A stretch of DNA of 64,000 nucleotides from Alphaproteobacteria bacterium (GTDB taxonomy: Bacteria > Pseudomonadota > Alphaproteobacteria > SHVV01), in assembly GCA_965261735.1 (NCBI GenBank), contig OZ253470.1, positions 2,048,001 to 2,112,000 of the forward strand, in the 5' to 3' direction. This document shows positions 58,696-64,000 of this stretch, piece by piece. The notes beneath the pieces were generated by a model that ran no database searches, was not told the DNA's origin, and worked only from the letters and a program-made list of their open reading frames with translations. How positions within the stretch are numbered: the first letter of the stretch is position 1; each line of letters starts with the position of its first letter. A program made the position numbers and the translations under genes.

Positions 58696-59621
58696 GGCGC
58701 CTCGAGGTGGGCGCCGGGCGCGATCGCGAAGCCGCGCACAAAATCGGCCGCTTCCATCGGCTTGCGGCCCGCGCGCTGGAGCCGCTCGAGGCGGAGCGCG
58801 CCGGCCGCGGTGGCCATGGTGGGCCGCGCATCGAGCACCACACCCGGCGCGCCCGAACCCTCGACGACGCGCGCCGCCAGCACCTTGACGCGCTCGCCGG
58901 CGAAGACGAACCACGCGCCTGGCGCCGGCGCCAACGCCCGCACCTGACGTTCGAGCTCCGCGGCCGGCCGGCGCCAGTCGAGGCGCTCCTCGTCCGGGGT
59001 GAGCTTGGCGGCGTAGCTCACGCCCGTATCCGCCTGCGGTGTCGGGCGCAGCCTTCCCGCGGCGAGCCCATCGAGCGCCTCGACCATGAGTCGGGCGCCC
59101 AGGCGCGCGAGCTCGTCATGCAGCCCGCCGCCCGTCGTCGCCGGCCCGATGGCGACGCTCTCGCGCAACAGCACCGGGCCGGTATCGAGGCCCTCGTCCA
59201 TCTGCATGACGCACACGCCGGTCTCCTCGTCGCCGGCCATGATCGCGCGCTGGATGGGGGCGGCGCCGCGCCAGAGCGGCAGCAGTGAGGCGTGCACGTT
59301 GAGGCAGCCGAACCGTGGCGCCGAGAGGATCGGCGGCGGCAGGATGAGGCCGTAGGCACACACCACGGCGGCGTCCGCGGCCAGCGTCGCGAAGGCCGCG
59401 GCTGCCTCGTCATCGCGCAGACTGGCGGGTGTGTGTACGGTCAGTTCACGTGCCAGCGCGGCCTCGTGCACCGGCGAGCGGCGCAGGGCCCGGCGGCGGC
59501 CGGCGGGGCGCGGGGCGCGCGTGTAAACGGCCGCGATCTCGTGGCCGGCCGCAACCAGCGCATCGAACGTCGGTAGGGCGAATTCAGGCGTCCCCATGAA
59601 CACCAGCCGTAGCCGGGCCAT
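58692..59621 (-). CDS. fmt: methionyl-tRNA formyltransferase
   Basis: [38 protein letters not shown]. Confidence 0.96.
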   Translation of the reverse strand: MARLRLVFMGTPEFALPTFDALVAAGHEIAAVYTRAPRPAGRRRALRRSPVHEAALARELTVHTPASLRDDEAAAAFATLAADAAVVCAYGLILPPPILSAPRFGCLNVHASLLPLWRGAAPIQRAIMAGDEETGVCVMQMDEGLDTGPVLLRESVAIGPATTGGGLHDELARLGARLMVEALDGLAAGRLRPTPQADTGVSYAAKLTPDEERLDWRRPAAELERQVRALAPAPGAWFVFAGERVKVLAARVVEGSGAPGVVLDARPTMATAAGALRLERLQRAGRKPMEAADFVRGFAIAPGAHLEAP

Positions 59622-60145
59622 CAGTCGCTCGTCTGGTCCTTCTGGCGCTTCGCCTTGGCCATCTTGCGCATGATGATGCTGCGCTTCACCGCCGAGAGAC
59701 GGTCGACGAACAGCGTCCCGTCGAGGTGATCGATCTCGTGCTGCACGCAGGTCGCGAGCACGCCATCGGCTTCGAGCGTGCGCGGCTCGCCGTCGTAGTC
59801 GGTGTAGCGCACCTCGACCTCGGCCGGGCGGGCGATCTCGGCGAAATGGTCGGGAAACGACAGGCATCCCTCTTCGTAGACGATGAGCTCGTCCGAGACG
59901 CGAACGATCTCCGGGTTGACGAGCCGGGTGAGGCGGGAATCCTCGCCCTCGCGAGTCGGGTCGACGACGACGATGCGCTTGGCGACGCCGAGCTGGACCG
60001 CGGCGAGGCCGATCCCCGGCGCCGCATGCATGGTCTCGACCATGTCGTCGATGAGGACACGGATCGCCTCGTCGACGCGCTCGACCGCGACCGCGGTCTT
60101 CCTGAGGCGCCGGTCGGGCGCGATGATGATGGGCAGGAGGGCCAT
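59621..60145 (-). CDS. def: peptide deformylase
   Basis: GIGLAAVQ, EGCLS, QHEIDHLDG. Confidence 0.97.
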   Translation of the reverse strand: MALLPIIIAPDRRLRKTAVAVERVDEAIRVLIDDMVETMHAAPGIGLAAVQLGVAKRIVVVDPTREGEDSRLTRLVNPEIVRVSDELIVYEEGCLSFPDHFAEIARPAEVEVRYTDYDGEPRTLEADGVLATCVQHEIDHLDGTLFVDRLSAVKRSIIMRKMAKAKRQKDQTSD

Positions 60146-60175
60146 CGACCACTCCGTCTTGTTCGCTACGCAGGC

Positions 60176-60204
60176 TAAGTAGACGCGCCGGCGCACCCGG
60201 TCAA
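60176..60204 (-). promoter_or_regulatory. putative sigma70 promoter of def-fmt-truA
   Basis: minus strand TTGACC-N17-TACTTA. Confidence 0.4.
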
Positions 60205-60241
60205 GCCGCCAACGCCCTGCGCGGCGTGGCCCGCCGTGCTA

Positions 60242-61390
60242 GTGGATTGATCGGAACGAAAGAGTCCGATTTGAGATTCCGTATTGTGCGGTGTCATGCG
60301 AGTCTGTGCTATGCGCACCGGCATCCATTTTACTGTCACGTCTGGCGACCGTCAGCGATTGCAAGCTATCGTCGCGGACCCGAAGAGCTCGCAGAAACAT
60401 GTCTGGCGGGCGCGGATCATCCTGAAGAGCGACGAGGGGCTCGGGAACTCGTCGATCATGGCCGAGACCGGCAAGTCCAAGACCTGTGTCTGGCGCTGGC
60501 AGGAGCGGTTCATGCACGAGGGTGTCAACGGCTTGCTTCGCGACAGGTCCCGTCCGCCTGGCAAAGCGCCGATCCCGCCGGAGCGCGTCGCCGAGATCGT
60601 CCGCCTGACCCAGCAAGCGCCGCCGCACGAGGCGACCCACTGGACGCTGCGCGCGATGGCGAAGGTTGCTGGCGTCGCGGCGTCGACGGTCCAAGCGATC
60701 TGGAAGGCCCATGGCCTCAGCCCGCACCGCTGGCGGCACTTCAAGCTCTCCAATGATCCCGCCTTCGCCGAGAAGCTCACAGATATCGTCGGCTTGTATG
60801 TCGATCCGCCGGCCCATGCCGTGGTGCTGTCGGTTGATGAGAAATCACAGATCCAGGCGCTCGACCGCACCCAACCCGGCTTGCCGATGAAGAAGGGCCG
60901 CGCCGGTACGATGACCTATGATTACAAACGGCATGGCACGACGACGCTGTTCGCCGCGCTCAACGTGCTGGACGGTACGGTCATCGCACAGAACATGCAG
61001 CGCCACCGCCATCAGGAGTTCATCCGCTTCCTCAACCGCATCGAGCGCGAGGTGCCGACGGACAAGGCCGTCCACGTCATCCTCGACAACTACGCCGCGC
61101 ACAAGAAGGACAAGGTCCGCGCCTGGCTCGCCCGCCATCCACGCTGGACCTTCCACTTCACGCCAACCTCGTGCTCGTGGCTCAATGCCGTCGAGGGCTT
61201 CTTCGCCAAACTAACGCGGCGCAGGCTCAAATACGGCGTCTTCCAATCCGTCGTCGACCTTCAGGACGCCATCAACCGATTTGTCCGCGAATACAATGAC
61301 GCAAACCCAAAACCCTTCATCTGGAAAGCCGACCCCGATCATATCATCGCCGCACGAAACAGAGGGTTCCAAACGTTGGAATCAATCCAC
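60242..61390 (+). mobile_element. IS630-family element, apparently intact
   Basis: IRs GTGGATTGAT / ATCAATCCAC flanked by a duplicated TA in a CTAG context. Confidence 0.92.
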
Positions 61391-61393
61391 TAG
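60311..61393 (+). CDS. IS630 transposase
   Basis: VDEKSQIQAL, YKRHGT, ILDNYAAHK, WLNAVEGFF; the stop codon uses the duplicated TA. Confidence 0.93.
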   Translation: MRTGIHFTVTSGDRQRLQAIVADPKSSQKHVWRARIILKSDEGLGNSSIMAETGKSKTCVWRWQERFMHEGVNGLLRDRSRPPGKAPIPPERVAEIVRLTQQAPPHEATHWTLRAMAKVAGVAASTVQAIWKAHGLSPHRWRHFKLSNDPAFAEKLTDIVGLYVDPPAHAVVLSVDEKSQIQALDRTQPGLPMKKGRAGTMTYDYKRHGTTTLFAALNVLDGTVIAQNMQRHRHQEFIRFLNRIEREVPTDKAVHVILDNYAAHKKDKVRAWLARHPRWTFHFTPTSCSWLNAVEGFFAKLTRRRLKYGVFQSVVDLQDAINRFVREYNDANPKPFIWKADPDHIIAARNRGFQTLESIH

Positions 61394-61430
61394 AGTGGGC
61401 CGTCGATCTCGCCGCGGCAACTCTTGGCTG

Positions 61431-62522
61431 ATGGAAACCGGTCTTCTCCTCCTGGCGGGTGCCGTTGTCGGCGCCGTGGTGGTTGTGCTCGCCGCATTGC
61501 GGCTGCTGCGCGGCCGTAGATCGGGCGAGGAGGCGCAGCTCGGGCGCACGGTCCATGAGCTCGCCGGCCGCCTCGATCAGATGGCGAGCGAGGATGCGGC
61601 GCGCTGGGCGAGCTTCGGCAAGACCCTCGAGGACCGCCTCGATGCGGTGTCCAAGCGGCTCGGCGACGGCTTGACCCAGTCGGCGACGACGACGGCGGAA
61701 TCGCTCGGCGACCTCAAGAAGCGCCTCCACGTCATTGACGAGGCCCAGAAGAACATCACCGAGCTCAGCGGCCAGGTGGTCGGGCTTCAAGACATCCTCG
61801 CCAACAAGCAGGCGCGCGGCGCCTTCGGCAACATCCAGCTCGAGAACCTGGTGCGCGCGGCCCTGCCGCCCTCGGCCTACGCCTTCGAGGTGACACTGAG
61901 CAACAAGCGCCGCGCCGACTGCCTGATCAAGCTGCCCAACCCGCCGGGATCGATCGTCGTCGACTCTAAGTTCCCGCTCGAGGGCTACAGCGCGCTGCAC
62001 AACGCGCGAGACGAGCCGGCCCGGATTGCAGCCGGCCGGGCCTTCGGCCAGTCCATCCTCAAGCACGTCCACGACATCGCCGAGCGCTACATCCTGCCCG
62101 GCGAGACCGCCGAATCGGCGCTCATGTTCCTGCCCAGCGAAGCGGTCTACGCCGAGCTCCACGCCAACTTCACCGGCGTGGTCGAGAAGTCCTACCGGGC
62201 GCGCGTGTGGATCGTGTCGCCGACGACGCTGATGGCGACGCTCAATACGGTGCGCGCGGTCCTCAAGGACGCCCACATGCGCGAGCAGGCCGGTTTCATC
62301 CAGACCGAGGTACACACCATGCTGCGCGACGTCGGCCGCCTCGACGAGCGCGTCGCCAAGCTACAGCGCCACTTCGACCTCGCGCGCGAGGACATGCGCG
62401 AGGTCCGCATTTCCGCCGACAAGGTGGGCAAGCGCGGCGAAAAGATCGAAACCATGCAGCTCGGCCCGACCGAAGCGGCCGAGGACCTGGAACAGCCCCG
62501 CCTCCGCATCGAGGCTGAATAG
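61431..62522 (+). CDS. rmuC: DNA recombination protein RmuC
   Basis: N-terminal TM; KQARGAFG, DSKFPLE, MFLPSEAVYAELH, VSPTTL. Confidence 0.92.
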   Translation: METGLLLLAGAVVGAVVVVLAALRLLRGRRSGEEAQLGRTVHELAGRLDQMASEDAARWASFGKTLEDRLDAVSKRLGDGLTQSATTTAESLGDLKKRLHVIDEAQKNITELSGQVVGLQDILANKQARGAFGNIQLENLVRAALPPSAYAFEVTLSNKRRADCLIKLPNPPGSIVVDSKFPLEGYSALHNARDEPARIAAGRAFGQSILKHVHDIAERYILPGETAESALMFLPSEAVYAELHANFTGVVEKSYRARVWIVSPTTLMATLNTVRAVLKDAHMREQAGFIQTEVHTMLRDVGRLDERVAKLQRHFDLAREDMREVRISADKVGKRGEKIETMQLGPTEAAEDLEQPRLRIEAE

Positions 62523-62637
62523 AGCATCCCTCCTCCCCGCCGCCAGCGCGGGCCCACGCCGCAAGAAACGGAATGCCGCCGCCTCTTCGGTCTCGTAGTG
62601 TCGAGACCGATCACCGAACTGGCGGGCGCAGGCGACG

Positions 62638-63573
62638 ATGCAAAACGAGATCACGCGGGCGATGGGTCCCCTCACATGGGCCCTGCTCATCGCGCTGTCG
62701 ATTCTTTGGGGCGGCTCGTTCTTCTTCGTCGGCGTCGCGCTCGATGCGCTGCCGCCGTTCACTATCGTGGCCTTGCGCGTCGGGCTGGCCGCGCTCGCGC
62801 TCAATCTGGTCGTCGTCGCCGTGGGCCTGCGCATGCCGACGGACCTGCGGACTTGGGCCGCGTTCTTCGCCATGGGGCTGGTCAACAACGCGGTTCCCTT
62901 CAGCCTCATCGTCTGGGGGCAGACCCACATCGCGAGCGGCCTCGCCTCGATCCTCAACGCGACGACACCGCTCTTTACGGTCGTGGTCGCGCATGTCCTG
63001 ACTTCCGACGAAAAGATGTCGCGCGGCGGCGTGGCCGGCGTGCTCGTCGGCGTTGCCGGAGTCGTGGTGATGATCGGCCCCGAGATGCTGGGCGGATTGG
63101 GCACCAACGTCGTCGCCCAGATCGCGGTGCTCGGCGCCTCGCTCGCCTACGCCCTCGCCGGCGTGTTCGGCCGCCGTTTCGGGCGCATGGGCGTAGCACC
63201 CCTGCTCACGGCCACGGGTCAGGTCACGGCCTCGACGCTCCTGCTCATACCCGTCGCGCTCGTCGTCGACCGGCCCTGGACGCTGGCCGCGCCCGGCGCC
63301 GAGATCTGGGCCGCCGTGGTGGCGCTGGCGCTGCTCTCGACGGCACTCGCCTATGTCCTCTATTTCCGCATCCTGGCGAGCGCCAGCGCGACGAACCTGC
63401 TTCTCGTGACCTTCCTGATCCCGGTCAGCGCCATCGTCCTCGGCGCGAGCCTCTTGGGCGAGCAGCTTGAGCCCAAGCACTTCGCCGGCATGGCGCTGAT
63501 CGGCCTCGGGCTCGCCGCGATCGACGGGCGGGCGCTCGGCTGGCTCGCGCGCCGCGTCGATAAGCCGCGGTAG
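62638..63573 (+). CDS. DMT/EamA family transporter
   Basis: LWGGSFFF, SGLASILNATTPLF, LVTFLIPVSA. Confidence 0.9.
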   Translation: MQNEITRAMGPLTWALLIALSILWGGSFFFVGVALDALPPFTIVALRVGLAALALNLVVVAVGLRMPTDLRTWAAFFAMGLVNNAVPFSLIVWGQTHIASGLASILNATTPLFTVVVAHVLTSDEKMSRGGVAGVLVGVAGVVVMIGPEMLGGLGTNVVAQIAVLGASLAYALAGVFGRRFGRMGVAPLLTATGQVTASTLLLIPVALVVDRPWTLAAPGAEIWAAVVALALLSTALAYVLYFRILASASATNLLLVTFLIPVSAIVLGASLLGEQLEPKHFAGMALIGLGLAAIDGRALGWLARRVDKPR

Positions 63574-63586
63574 CCGGATCGAGGCG

Positions 63587-64000
63587 CTAAGAGCGCTCGC
63601 CGTAAGGCCGGCGTTCATCGAGGGCGGCCGACAGAGTGCCCTCGTCGAGGAAGTCGAGCTCGCCGCCGAAGGGGACGCCGTGGGCGAGGCGCGAGACGAT
63701 GACGCCGCTCCCGGCCAGCGCGTCGGTGATGTAGTGGGCGGTGGTCTGGCCATCGACGGTGGCGTTGGTGGCGAGGATGACCTCGCGCACGCCCGTCTCG
63801 CGGGCGCGGGCGATCAGCGCCGGGATGCCGAGGTCGTCGGGCCCGACGCCGTCGAGCGGCGACAGCACCCCGCCGAGGACCTGATAGCGGCCGCGGTAGC
63901 TGCCCGAGCGCTCGAGCGCCCACAGGTCGGCGACCTCCTCGACGACACAGATGAGGCCCGCGTCGCGCTCCGCATTCGCGCAGATGGCGCATGGGTCCGT
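63587..64000 (-). CDS. recR: recombination mediator RecR (3' part; start lies outside the window)
   Basis: [55 protein letters not shown]. Confidence 0.95.
   Translation of the reverse strand, partial: TDPCAICANAERDAGLICVVEEVADLWALERSGSYRGRYQVLGGVLSPLDGVGPDDLGIPALIARARETGVREVILATNATVDGQTTAHYITDALAGSGVIVSRLAHGVPFGGELDFLDEGTLSAALDERRPYGERS

Noticed and set aside
1-64000. Many long overlapping or antisense ORFs in the track (e.g. 24963..26693, 10650..11912, 62611..63753)
   Set aside because: Shadow frames of high-GC genes: Arg/Ala/Pro-rich, with no family motifs or RBS.
1-64000. CRISPR array, tRNA, rRNA, retron or DGR signatures
   Set aside because: I saw no regularly spaced repeats, cloverleaf, rRNA motifs, or reverse transcriptase or cas ORFs; a by-eye scan could miss very degenerate cases.

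Overview
High-GC alphaproteobacterial chromosomal window; gene content and order look Rhodospirillales-like. 1-41.7 kb is mostly catabolic and redox genes: LLM and Rieske oxygenases, acyl-CoA dehydrogenases, four CoA-transferase genes including a close mesaconyl-CoA C1-C4 transferase homologue, a 2-oxoacid:ferredoxin oxidoreductase and an FNR. It also holds a mucR/ros locus, a suhB/alpha-r8-like sRNA and a psp operon whose activator pspF has lost its 5' end. 41.7-57.9 kb is a mobile-element graveyard: one cargo-carrying IS1595, three damaged copies of a second IS1595, an IS256 inside a large serine recombinase, IS1380 and P63C remnants, and a truncated HEPN pair, with dapE sandwiched between two IS copies. 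The right end is core (truA-fmt-def, IS630, rmuC, DMT, recR). The most novel-looking item is a small gene directly upstream of mucR that encodes the MucR N-terminal oligomerisation domain fused to a C-terminal transmembrane helix in place of the zinc finger. About ten non-mobile genes carry frameshifts, a stop, short tandem duplications or deletions, suggesting genome erosion and/or assembly error. All family calls come from motif recognition by eye; no searches were run.
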